64,000 bases of DNA from NCBI GenBank assembly GCA_963843575.1, contig CAWJKZ010000014.1, positions 736,001-800,000 of the forward strand, read 5' to 3'. Origin of the DNA: an uncultured Acidobacteriota bacterium (GTDB lineage: Bacteria; Acidobacteriota; UBA6911). Both the position numbers and the translations under genes were made by a program. Below are positions 29,505 to 39,634 of the stretch, in pieces. How positions within the stretch are numbered: the first letter of the stretch is position 1; every line of letters starts with the position of its first letter. The notes below the pieces were generated by a model. It made no database searches. It saw nothing but the letters and a program-made list of their open reading frames with translations, and was not told the origin of the DNA.

Positions 29505-30860
29505 TCAATGCCCCGCCCGGTGCCGTGCACCCTGTTGCTCTTTCAGACGCTGCCGGAGCCTGATCGGTGTGGCGTAGAAACCGAATTTCTCCCGCAATTG
29601 ATTCAGGATAAACCTTTCCGTCGAAAAATGGAGGGGTTTGCGCGACGGAGTGAAGGCCACGAACGTGGGTGGTTCACCGTGGACCTGGGTGATGTAGCGG
29701 ATGTCGAGCCCCTGGTTCGGATGATCGGTTTGCCACGTGCGCTGCAGGTCCGGAACGAACATGTTGTTCAGAACCCCTGTGGGCACCCTGACGCGCCGTC
29801 CCTCGTACGCCCTCAGGATCATATCGAAGAGACGAGAAACACGCTGTCCTGTTAGAGCGGAAACGGTGACGATCGGGGCGTACGCCAGGTATTTCATGCG
29901 CCGGCGGACGGTTTCGGCGAATTCCTCGACGGTGTGGGTACCCTTCTCGGCAACCTTGTCCCATTTGTTCACGACGATGATGACCGAACAACCCGACTGT
30001 TCGGCATAGCCGCCGATCCCGGCATCCAGTTTTGTGACCCCTTCTTCGGCGTCGAGCAGCAGCAGGGCGACGTCGGCCGATTCGAGGCTCTTGCGCGCCA
30101 CGATCACGCTGACTATCTCGGTGCGCTCCTCGGTCCGCCCCTTGCGCCGGATTCCTGCGGTGTCGATGATGCGAAACCCCTTCTTGTCGCGCACCACGAG
30201 CGTGTCGACCGAATCGCGGGTGGTACCCGGGATCTCGCTTACGATGGCGCGTTCGGAACCGAGTAGCCGGTTGACGAGCGATGACTTGCCGACATTGGGC
30301 CTGCCGACGACGGCGACGGCGATTTCGGGCGTATCCTCGACGGGATCCCGACCGGTCGACGGGCCGGGATCCCCCGCGACTGAGACCACCCGGTCGAGCA
30401 CGTCGGCGACTCCGCGGTTGTGCTCCGCCGATACCGGGAACACTTCTTCCGCCCCGAATGCGTAGAAAGGGGCGGTGTCGTCCTCCAGCGACGAGGTATC
30501 GAGCTTGTTGACGATCACCCAGATAGGGCGGCCGGAACGCCTCAGTATCGGCAGGAGTTGTTCGTCGAGCGGGGTCACGCCGGCCCGCCCGTCCACGACC
30601 ATCAGGAGCAGGTCCGACTCGCGGATGGCGGCTTCGACCTGTTGGAGGATCTTCGTCGGGATGACCTCGTGGACTCCGGGCATAAGCCCGCCCGTGTCGA
30701 GCACTTCGAAGGTCCGGCCCAGCCATTCGGCGGTGGCATAAAGACGGTCCCGCGTAATCCCGGGCTCGTCGCCGACAATGGCCCTGCGGTTGCCGCAGAT
30801 CCGGTTGAAGAGCGTGGATTTACCGACATTGGGCCGGCCTACGATAGCGACTCGGAACAT
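29505..30860 (-). CDS. der: ribosome biogenesis GTPase Der
   Basis: Two GRPNVGKS P-loops, DTGG/DTAG, NKLD/NKWD, KH-like tail. Confidence 0.96.
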   Translation of the reverse strand: MFRVAIVGRPNVGKSTLFNRICGNRRAIVGDEPGITRDRLYATAEWLGRTFEVLDTGGLMPGVHEVIPTKILQQVEAAIRESDLLLMVVDGRAGVTPLDEQLLPILRRSGRPIWVIVNKLDTSSLEDDTAPFYAFGAEEVFPVSAEHNRGVADVLDRVVSVAGDPGPSTGRDPVEDTPEIAVAVVGRPNVGKSSLVNRLLGSERAIVSEIPGTTRDSVDTLVVRDKKGFRIIDTAGIRRKGRTEERTEIVSVIVARKSLESADVALLLLDAEEGVTKLDAGIGGYAEQSGCSVIIVVNKWDKVAEKGTHTVEEFAETVRRRMKYLAYAPIVTVSALTGQRVSRLFDMILRAYEGRRVRVPTGVLNNMFVPDLQRTWQTDHPNQGLDIRYITQVHGEPPTFVAFTPSRKPLHFSTERFILNQLREKFGFYATPIRLRQRLKEQQGARHRAGH

Positions 30861-31030
30861 GGGCAGCGGGGATCCGCGGTAAGACTCGAACTGCGAGCCG
30901 GACAGAGAAACAGGGAACGGAATCGGGGGGCGAAGGCCCTCGTGCGCGAAGAAGCCCGGGGCCCGGTCGGCGGCGCCATGCTCGGCTGCCGCTCATCCAG
31001 ATTGCTTCGCCGCATCCGGGCACAGGATAG

Positions 31031-31990
31031 CTAACCTGTCCCGGAATGTCGACCCCCTATCAACCCGGCGCGCGGCAGGGCGACGGGGAACGCAGCGGCC
31101 GCGACACCGAACTCGAGCGGCAGCGTGCCGATCAGCTCGCCGTCGGCGTGCGCCCACGGTCCGCGAGGCCCCTGGACGGTCACTTTGCGGGCGCGACGGC
31201 GTTCGATCCCGGGGGCCTCCAGCTGAGAACCGCGCCATGCCGAGTAGAGCAGCTGCGCGTACCTGGCTCGGCTCCTTCCCTGCACCGCCAGCACGTCGAG
31301 CAAGCCGTCGGTCAGGTCGGCCTCCGGGGTGAGCAACAGCCCGCCGCCGTAGCCGCGCGCGTTGGCGACGATGCACGAGGTCGCCTTCAGCGTCTCCTCC
31401 CCGACGACCACCTCGAACTCCGGGAACGAGTATCCCGCGAGGGACTGCAGAACCGATACGAAAAAAGCGAACTTCCCAGTGCGCCGCTTCAGGCGTGGGC
31501 GCACCTTCGAGACCACGTAGGCGTCGAAACCAATCCCCGCCATGAGGAGGAAACGGTGTTCGGTGCGCCCGGCGACCGTCCCGAGATCGATGCGCCGGAC
31601 GACCCCCTGGAGAACATCGCCGAGGGCGCGGACGGGTTCGAGCGGGATGCCGAGTTCCCGCGCCAGGACGTTGGCCGTGCCCCCGGGGAGGAGCGCGACC
31701 GGGAACGGGGGATCCGGCACGCGGGCCGCCACCTCGTTCATCGTTCCGTCGCCGCCGCACACGGCCAGCAGGTCCGGCGGGCACTCCAGCAGCTCGCGCG
31801 CCAGTTCACCGGCGTGGCCCGCGCAACGCGTCGGGAGCAGTTCGAATTGCCAATCGCGGTGCGGCCAGGTTTTCAAGTAGCGACCGAGCTTCCGGTAGGG
31901 CCTGCCGCCGCCGGCCGCGGGGTTCGCGATGATCACGATCCTCTTCGGCCGGGGCACGGAACCCGCCGCCATAACTGGTTTCTGCCACAT
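31031..31990 (-). CDS. diacylglycerol/lipid kinase family protein
   Basis: IANPAAGGG, GGDGT, PGGTAN, GIGFDA, DGE. Confidence 0.9.
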   Translation of the reverse strand: MWQKPVMAAGSVPRPKRIVIIANPAAGGGRPYRKLGRYLKTWPHRDWQFELLPTRCAGHAGELARELLECPPDLLAVCGGDGTMNEVAARVPDPPFPVALLPGGTANVLARELGIPLEPVRALGDVLQGVVRRIDLGTVAGRTEHRFLLMAGIGFDAYVVSKVRPRLKRRTGKFAFFVSVLQSLAGYSFPEFEVVVGEETLKATSCIVANARGYGGGLLLTPEADLTDGLLDVLAVQGRSRARYAQLLYSAWRGSQLEAPGIERRRARKVTVQGPRGPWAHADGELIGTLPLEFGVAAAAFPVALPRAGLIGGRHSGTG

Positions 31991-32026
31991 GCCAGACCTT
32001 GCCTGTCGGGGCCGTTACTCCCGGCT

Positions 32027-33424
32027 TCACTCGGACCACGCCCGCCGGATGCCAAGTTGCTTGAGCTTGTACTGAAGCGTCTGACGGTGGAGCTTGATGG
32101 CGGAGGCGGCCTGGCTGACGTTGCCGCCGTGCCGTTCGAGGACCTGCATCAGGTAGTTCCGTTCGAAGGCCGCGCGCGCCTCTTCGTACGGGAGCCGGCT
32201 CAAATCCCCGCCGGCCGCCAGGCCAGGGTCGTGCGCCGCCGCGAACTCCCCCGGCAGTTCGCCGACATCGATCGAGCCCTTGACGCTCAGCACCACGCAG
32301 CGCTCGACGACGTTGCGCAACTCCCTGACGTTGCCCGGCCACGGGTACTCCACGAGCCGGTCCAGGGCGCCCGCCGTGAACCCTTTCCACTCGATCCGGT
32401 ATTTTTCCGCAAAAGTGCGGCCGAAGTAATCGAGCAGCGGTTGGATGTCCTCGCGCCGTTCGCGCAGCGGAGGTATTTCCAGGTGGATGACGTGAATACG
32501 GTAATAGAGGTCCTGGCGGAATTCCGATGCCGCGATGGCCTGTGCCAGGTCACGGTGCGTGGCGCACACGACCCGCACGTCCACATCGACGGATTGAGAG
32601 GAACCGAGCGGTTCGAACTGCCTCTCCTCGAGCACCCGGAGGATCTTGGCCTGGGTGGGCAGGGCCATGTCCCCGATCTCGTCCAGGAACAGTGTCCCCC
32701 CATCCGCTGTTTCGAACTTGCCGCGCCGCCGCGCAACCGCCCCCGTAAAGGCCCCCTTCTCGTGCCCGAACAGTTCGCTCTCGATCAGGGCGTCCGGAAG
32801 GGCCGCGCAGTTGACGGCGACAAACGGCATCGGGGCGCGGCCGCTGCGACGGTGCAGTTCGCGGGCGACCAGTTCCTTTCCCGTGCCGCTTTCTCCCTGG
32901 ATGAACACCGTCGCGTCCGTGGGGGCCACCCGCTCGACCATTTCGAAGATGCGCTGCATGGCGCCGCTGCGCCCCACCATCGCGCCAAAACCCGTGTCGC
33001 CGCCGAGTTCTTCCTTCAGCCTCCTGTTTTCCTCCGCCAACTGCGCCCGCTCCCGCGCATTGCGCACGAGGAGTCGCAGCTCGTCGATTTCGAATGGCTT
33101 TGAGAGGTATTCGTACGCCCCGGCCCGGATGGCATCCACGGCCATGCGCTCCGAACCGTGCGCCGTGATGACGATGACCGGGACGGCCCCGGGATGCCCC
33201 GCGATCTCCTTGAGCAGGTCGATCCCCGACCCGTCCGGCAGGTTGACGTCGAGCAGGACGAGGTCGGGATTGTCGTTCTGCAGCGTGTAGCGCGCGGAGC
33301 GGAGGTCGGGGGCCTCCAGGATCACGACCTCGCGTGCCTGCAGGGCCTTTCGTATCCCGAACCGGGCGGCCTCTTCGTCGTCGACAACCAGAATCTTGTA
33401 TCTCAAGGTCCCTCCCGGCGGCAC
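32027..33424 (-). CDS. sigma54-dependent response regulator (NtrC family)
   Basis: Receiver domain, GESGTGKE, GAFTGA, WPGNVREL, Fis-type HTH. Confidence 0.93.
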   Translation of the reverse strand: MPPGGTLRYKILVVDDEEAARFGIRKALQAREVVILEAPDLRSARYTLQNDNPDLVLLDVNLPDGSGIDLLKEIAGHPGAVPVIVITAHGSERMAVDAIRAGAYEYLSKPFEIDELRLLVRNARERAQLAEENRRLKEELGGDTGFGAMVGRSGAMQRIFEMVERVAPTDATVFIQGESGTGKELVARELHRRSGRAPMPFVAVNCAALPDALIESELFGHEKGAFTGAVARRRGKFETADGGTLFLDEIGDMALPTQAKILRVLEERQFEPLGSSQSVDVDVRVVCATHRDLAQAIAASEFRQDLYYRIHVIHLEIPPLRERREDIQPLLDYFGRTFAEKYRIEWKGFTAGALDRLVEYPWPGNVRELRNVVERCVVLSVKGSIDVGELPGEFAAAHDPGLAAGGDLSRLPYEEARAAFERNYLMQVLERHGGNVSQAASAIKLHRQTLQYKLKQLGIRRAWSE

Positions 33425-33433
33425 GCCCGCCGT

Positions 33434-34663
33434 TCAAGCGACGGGCAGGTGGATGAGGAAGCGCGTGCCGCGGTCGCCGCGCACGGGGCTCTCGACCGAA
33501 ATTTCGCCCCCCAGAAGCTCGACGTTTCGCTTTACGATGGCCAACCCCAAACCTGTCCCCCGCTGGCGCGTGGTGAAGAAGGGGACGAAGATCTTGTCCC
33601 GGATCTCCGGCTCGATCCCCGGGCCGTCGTCCTCGACCGTGACCAGGACGAACCGCTCAGAGTCGTCCTCCAGCACCACCTCCCCGCCCCGCAGCACCAG
33701 GCTCATCCCTGCGCCGGCGGCCTGGATTGCGTTCAGAAAGAGGTTCAGGAAGATCTCACGGAAAATCGACGGGCTGCCCATGACCTTCGGAAGGCGCTCC
33801 GGCAGGCCGTCGTCCACCCTGATGTTGCCCTGTTCGATGTCGTGGCGCAGAAATCCGATCACGGCCTCGGCGATGTCGCGCAGGTTCACCGGCTCCTGCT
33901 GGTCCGGCACCGGCCTGGCGAAGTTCAGCAGCTGAACCACCGACGAGGCGAGACGGTCGATCTCTCCCCGGATGAGGGACAGGTCCTTGGCGTATTTCGG
34001 TTCGGAATTCCGGGTCTTCCTGCATCACCTGAACGATGGTCTTGATCGAGCTCAACGGGTTCTTGATTTCGTGGGCGATCCGGGCCGTCATTTCCCCCAG
34101 CTGCACCATCTGGGCCTGGTGCACCAGGGTGTGCTGCAGTTCCAGCTTGGCCTTCAGGAGGTTCGAGTTGTCCAGTACGACGGCAATCTGGCCGCACAGG
34201 CTCAAGAGGAGGGACTCGACGGGCGGCTCGAGTTGCCGTCACCGGGCGTGCTGTCCACGATCAGGACACCCGTCCAGCCCGGGAGGGAGCCGATGCGGGA
34301 ACGCGTAGGTGGCGTTCATGTCCGGCGAGGATCGACGGGACGCCGATCTCCCTGGCGACCGACTCGTTGAGAAAGGTCCTGCGTGTGCCCTGCAAAACCC
34401 CGCCGATGCGCGACAGCAGGTCCCGCACCCGGACGCTCTCGGAAGAAAATCGCTCCGAGCGCTCCGGCCTGACGAGCACCTCGACGCGCCGGAACCCGAA
34501 TGCACGACAGATCTCGGACTTCCATGAAGCCGATGCGATCCCGCGGTTCCAGGATCGTCAGGGCGCGGCTGGCCAAGTGTCACGACGAAGTCGTGCAGCC
34601 GGGCCGGCACTTGGGGGGACCGGACCGCACCCACGGAAGCCGCAATCCCCAGCGCTCGCTCAT
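33434..34663 (-). CDS. sensor histidine kinase (several frameshifts)
   Basis: IAHEIKNPLSSI, NAIQA, DDGPGI, PFFTT, GTGLGL in different frames. Confidence 0.82.
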
Positions 34664-35100
34664 ACGGGATTATAGGCCGCGCGACCGGCCTCGCCTGCAC
34701 GGCCGATGAGGAACTTGAAGACGTAACGCGATTCCGAGGTGCCGACGAATGATCACGTCCTGGTCGCGCAGCTGCCTTCTCCCCACCTTCTTCCGCTCCC
34801 CGACCACCTCGCCCTCGACCAGTGGTGCCGCAGGCGCTGCCCCTGTCGCGAGAAAGTAGCCTTGCTCGTGGAGGTCGATCAGGAAGTGTTCGCGTGAGAC
34901 GTTCAGGACCGTGCCGGGGTCAATGAGGTACAGGTCGTTGTTGGCGGCCGAATCGGACCGCCGGCGCGACCCGGGAATTGGGGCGAACCCTCCCGCCACC
35001 CGGATTCGCGGCCGACTCGGAACGGGAAGCGCGCGATACTCAGGATGGGGCCCCCCAGAGCGCTACGCGCTTCGCGGGGTCATGCCTTGAGGAAGACCAT
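34660..35100 (-). CDS. FHA-domain protein (frameshifted)
   Basis: FPFRVGRE..., NNDLYL, NVSREHF, GS.CGT.V motifs across frames. Confidence 0.65.
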
Positions 35101-35184
35101 GCTCGGTTCGTTCACGTGTCGTGCTCCTTTCGGCCCGAGTGCTTGAACGTTCGGTGCCCTGTGCCGCGCGAGCGGGATGCCGGA

Positions 35185-35738
35185 CTAGAAGCTTATCAGG
35201 ATGCCTCCGGACACCTCGAGCAGGTTGAGGCTCCGGGACAGCACCCCGGTAGCCGTGTAGCCGCGCGCGTCCAAGCCGCAGCCCGACAGGGCCGTAGAGT
35301 TCGCGGATTTTCAGACCACCTCCATAGTTGAACGCGAGCTTTGTGCCTATCGGGAGGTTCGGCGAACCGTACTGCCGAATCAGGCCCACTCCGGCCGTCA
35401 CATAGGGGACGACCTTCGTGGCGGGCACGTTCAGAATGAGGTTGGAGCTGTAGATGAATCCCTTGGCGTCCTGAACCTGTGAGAGGTCTCGCGGAAACAG
35501 GAAATCCGGACTGAAGGCGAGCGTGTGTTCCATGCCGAACAGCGGCACGAAATTGGTGCTCAGCCGGAACCCGTAGATGAAGCTCCCGTCGAGCGCCGTG
35601 CGGACGTTGTCCACCGTTAGTTTCCCGGCCTTGGCCCCGCCGACGAAGAAGGTGAAGTCGCCCGCCAGCCGCCTGCCCGAGACAGGCGGCCGTCAGCAGC
35701 ACCAGGAGAAGGACGGCATTACGCAGGCGCACGAACAT
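35185..35738 (-). CDS. outer-membrane beta-barrel protein (frameshifted)
   Basis: Signal peptide, VPYVTAGVG, FNYGGG, C-terminal Phe. Confidence 0.65.
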
Positions 35739-35747
35739 GAAAGCCTC

Positions 35748-37037
35748 TCAGAAATCGATCTTCTGCAGCTGTTCCTGCAGCGAATCGCGGATCCCTTCGA
35801 ACCGGAACGAAACGCGCTTGGGGAACGGGTGGCGACGGCGGGAAGATCGCCTTCGCGGGATTGATGAACTTCCCGTGCTGCAACAGGCGAAAATCCAGGT
35901 GGGGTCCCGTCGCGAGTCCGGTGGAACCCACCAGTCCCGACGATCTCCCCCTGCTCGACGCGTGCGCCGGGGCGGACGGCGATCCGCGAGAGGTGGAGGT
36001 ACATCGACTCGCACCCCCCGGCGTGACGCAGCCTGACGGTCTTGCCCCCCTGACCACGGGGGCCGGCGAGCACGACCGTCCCGGAAGCGACGGCGACTAC
36101 CGGCGTGCCCGTCGGCGCGGCGTAGTCGACGCCCAGGTGAGGACGCACGATCTTCAGCACCGGGTGCAGGCGCGCGCTCGAGAACCGCGACGAGATGCGC
36201 GCAAACCTCAGGGGCGATTTTAGAAACGACTTTTTCAGCGAGGTCCCCTTCGCGTCGTAGTATTCCGCCTTGCCCGATTCGTTCTCAAAACGGAACCCGG
36301 CGAAGGTCTTGCCCTGGTTGCTGATGGATGCCGCCAGGATCGCGCCGTACTTGACGAATTTGCCGTCCAGGTACTTCTTCTCCACGAGCATCCTGAACGA
36401 GTCGCCCTTCTGTATATCGGTGTAGAAGTCGACGTCCCAGGTAAAGATATTGGCCAGTCCATGGCCAGTATCTCCTGCTCGCCGGCGTCGGTCACGGCCG
36501 CGAAGAGCGATCCGTCGATGTAGCCGGAGACCGCCTCGACGCGCGTGGTGTAGGGGAAGGGCTTCATCACGGGAACGAAACCCTCGGCGTCGCGATAGAC
36601 CGTCAGGTAGCGTTCGTCGTCCACCGGATAGCGGAATTCCTTGAATTCGCCCCCCTCCGTGAACAACAGCCAGTACGGCCTCCCGGCCGCCACCTTGGCA
36701 AGGTTATACACCGGCCGCGTGGAATCGATCAGTTCATGGATGACGTCGTGCGCGATCCCCTGCACCCGAAGCGCCTCCGTGACGGTCTGGCGGGGGTCGA
36801 ACGAGCCAACGAACTGGCGCAGGGCTGGCACCGTGAGGACCGAGGGCACCGGGGCGACGGTGGCCAGCGAGACCGGCGGCGACGATCCGGCGACAGGCTG
36901 CCCCCGTTGCAGGATCAAATAGCCGGCCCCAGCGGAGAACACCATCAACAGAACGGGGAAAAAGGACGGAAGTCGAGCGTTTCTCGAGCAGGGCGGAAAA
37001 CGAATGTGATTTCGGGCTCTTTCTGAACAAAAAACAT
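35748..37037 (-). CDS. M23 peptidoglycan DD-metalloendopeptidase (frameshifted)
   Basis: [23 protein letters not shown]; AGGAGG before ATG 37037. Confidence 0.82.
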
Positions 37038-37113
37038 CCTCCTTGTTCAGCGCCCCCCGCGCGACAGCGGAAAGACTGCCCTGCCGGGGACCGAGGGCTG
37101 AGCTGGTCGAGAT

Positions 37114-37606
37114 CTAAAACGTCGCCGCATTTCTCTTCGACTGAAGCCGTTGCTCCACGACCGGGGGAACCAGACCGTGGACCGATCCCCCGAGGAGTGA
37201 GATCTCCTTTACCAGGCGAGAACTCAGGTAGGAGTAGGCTTCCGCCGGCATCAGAAAAACCGTCTCGACGGCTGAAGAGAGGCGGCGGTTCATCAGGGCC
37301 ATCTGCAGCTCGTATTCGTAGTCTGAAACGGCGCGGATACCCCGAACGATGACGGACGCACCGATCTGCTGCGCGTAATCGACGAGCAGACCGCCGAAGG
37401 TCGTTATGCTCGACGTTGTCGATGTCGCGCACGACCCCGGCGAGCATCTCCACCCTTTCCTCGATGGAAAAGAGGGGGGTCTTGTCGGTGTTGTTCAGGA
37501 TCGCGACGATGACTTCGTCGAAGAGGGCAGCGCTGCGCTGGATGAGGTCGATGTGCCCGTTTGTCACCGGATCGAAAGTACCAGGATAAACGGCCCGAAT
37601 CGACAT
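37114..37606 (-). CDS. coaD: pantetheine-phosphate adenylyltransferase (frameshift near 37405)
   Basis: [32 protein letters not shown]. Confidence 0.92.
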
Positions 37607-37804
37607 CCGCCACAGCCTCTGCACCGCACCGCGCCGCCTGCGGCCGGCGCGGACCGTGAAAAAACCAGCATCTCTCGGCGGCACTGGAACTTCCACGTCA
37701 CACGGATGCTGGAAAGTGGCGCCATTATATGAACAGGGCCGTGGGAATTCAAGACGAATGGGCTCCTGTTGCGGCTCGGATCACAATTTCCAATCCGCAG
37801 GTCC

Positions 37805-38135
37805 TCATTCGAGGTGGGCGAGAGCCTTCTGCAGGCGTCGCGCAATCCGTTCCGCCTCGCTCCGCATAGGTCCCTCCTCCGCCGCAGCCGGGGCGCGAAG
37901 CGACTCGAGTGCCCGCAGCCACCGCTGCGTGGCTCCCGCCCCCGCCGTCCCGGAGCGCAGGGCCCTGTAGACAGCGAAGCGTCCGCCGTTCGGTCCGGAT
38001 GTACTCGTTGCGCTTGTCCGGGGTGGTGCGCTTGGTTTCGCATGCCGTTGCCACGGCGAGGCGGTTTCGGGCCCCCTCCAGGGCCTGCAGCAGCTGGCGA
38101 TAGGCGCCGATCGTCCCCCAATCCTCTGGAGCCAC
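37805..38135 (-). CDS. small hypothetical protein (possibly frameshifted)
   Basis: Two overlapping short ORFs with helical character, divergent from the ECF sigma gene. Confidence 0.25.
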
Positions 38136-38220
38136 TTTCCTCGCCTTTCCCTGAAATGTGTCGGGTCCGGTTGAAACATTACCGGTGACTGCTCTCCCCT
38201 AATAACCAACCCGTCAGCTT

Positions 38221-38820
38221 TTGAGCCAACAAATGATCAGCCCCGCAGAGTCAGATGGACGCCAGCTGCTGGATTTCGTGGACCGGGTCGTGAGAAGTCA
38301 CCGGCCGGGATGGGTCCGGTTTGCGCGGCGAGTAGTGCGCAACGAGGCCGACGCGGAAGATGCCGTGCAGGAGGCGGTGCGACGCGTGCTCGCCAGGGGT
38401 CGGCCGTTCAATACCAGCGAGGATTTGAGGATGTACCTGGGGAGAGCGGTGAGCAACATGGCGATCGAGCTGTATCACGAGCGTCGGAAGGAGCGCGAGC
38501 GGTTGCGGCCGGTCAGGGAAAATGCGATCGCCGACACGGGAGCGCAGGGCCCGGACCAACTGCTGGAGGAACGTGAGGCCGCGGCCGAGCGCGACCGTAT
38601 GGTGACCATTCTCAGCGACGGCCTGGCTCGTCTGCCTCCCAAGCAGTACGAGGCTGTGCGCCTGACCGTGCTCGAATCCGGCGGAGCCTCGATCCGGGAT
38701 GCGGGGGTCGCGAGCGGAATCCCGTACTCGACCCTGCGCCACCGGAGCGTGCAGGGGCTGCGGCGCCTGCGCAAGTATGCCCACCGGGCCTTTCTCAAGG
38801 CCGGCGGGAGACGTCCTTAG
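38221..38820 (+). CDS. ECF RNA polymerase sigma factor
   Basis: DAEDAVQEA region 2, LARLPPKQYEAVRL region 4. Confidence 0.85.
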   Translation: MSQQMISPAESDGRQLLDFVDRVVRSHRPGWVRFARRVVRNEADAEDAVQEAVRRVLARGRPFNTSEDLRMYLGRAVSNMAIELYHERRKERERLRPVRENAIADTGAQGPDQLLEEREAAAERDRMVTILSDGLARLPPKQYEAVRLTVLESGGASIRDAGVASGIPYSTLRHRSVQGLRRLRKYAHRAFLKAGGRRP

Positions 38821-38983
38821 TACACAGCCTCATAAGTACGCGACGTCAGGAGAACGCACACAGGACTTTCCGGGCCCCGCCGGAAAACGCCGCACGCGGC
38901 CTGTCGCCAGGTCGATCCGTGGGGATCCGCAGGCATCCGCGTCCTGAAAAATGGGTTAGCGTATTTGTGAACATCAGTGCTTA
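38817..38983. mobile_element. MITE-like element, copy 2, imperfect TIRs, TTA flanks
   Basis: TTA-GTACACAGCCTCATAAGTACGC ... GCGTATTTGTGAACATCAGTGC-TTA; internal part shared with 9146-9310. Confidence 0.7.
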
Positions 38984-39583
38984 GGGTGGCCGGGTGGTGT
39001 CCGATCCTGGGGGAGCGGCGCTTTCCGGGTTCCTGCCGGACCGGTAGAAACTGAGGCACTTGTCCCCTTGGACGACGGTCCTCGCGCGGCTTGCGTCGGC
39101 CGCGCATTCGGGAAGACTCGCTTTTGCGTGGTGTTCGACGACGACCAGGGTATCCTGACCGGCGACGCCGGTGCGGAACACCAGCTCCAGCAGGTCCTCA
39201 TAAGGCGCCCAGGCGTACGGAGGGTCGAAGAAGACCGTGTCGGCCACGAAACCCTGGCGTGCCAGCTCGCGCAGGGAAGTGAAGATGTCCCGTTGCAGGA
39301 TCCGGAAACCCGAACGCACCCGGCAGCCCTCGAGGTTCTGCCGGATCAGTCTTACGGCGTCGGTGCCGGAATCGACAAAGAGCACCTCGCGCGCGCCGCG
39401 GCTGATGGCCTCCAGTCCGATCGCTCCCGTCCCGGCGAACCCGTCGAGGAATACGGAGCCGCGCACGCTTGGGCCGAGTATGTCGAAGAGAGTCTGCTTC
39501 AGCCGGTCGCTCGTGGGACGCAACCCCAAGCCGCGCGGCCCCCGGAGCTTTCTGCCCCGCAATTCCCCCGCTATGATCCGCAT
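38981..39583 (-). CDS. rsmD: 16S rRNA m2G966 methyltransferase
   Basis: MRIIAG...RPTSDR, LDGFAGTGAIGLEAISRGA, FDPPY. Confidence 0.93.
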   Translation of the reverse strand: MRIIAGELRGRKLRGPRGLGLRPTSDRLKQTLFDILGPSVRGSVFLDGFAGTGAIGLEAISRGAREVLFVDSGTDAVRLIRQNLEGCRVRSGFRILQRDIFTSLRELARQGFVADTVFFDPPYAWAPYEDLLELVFRTGVAGQDTLVVVEHHAKASLPECAADASRARTVVQGDKCLSFYRSGRNPESAAPPGSDTTRPP

Positions 39584-39634
39584 CTTGCTTTCCCTTCGTG
39601 CACGAACCGCATCGAATCCGATCAGGGCATCAGG

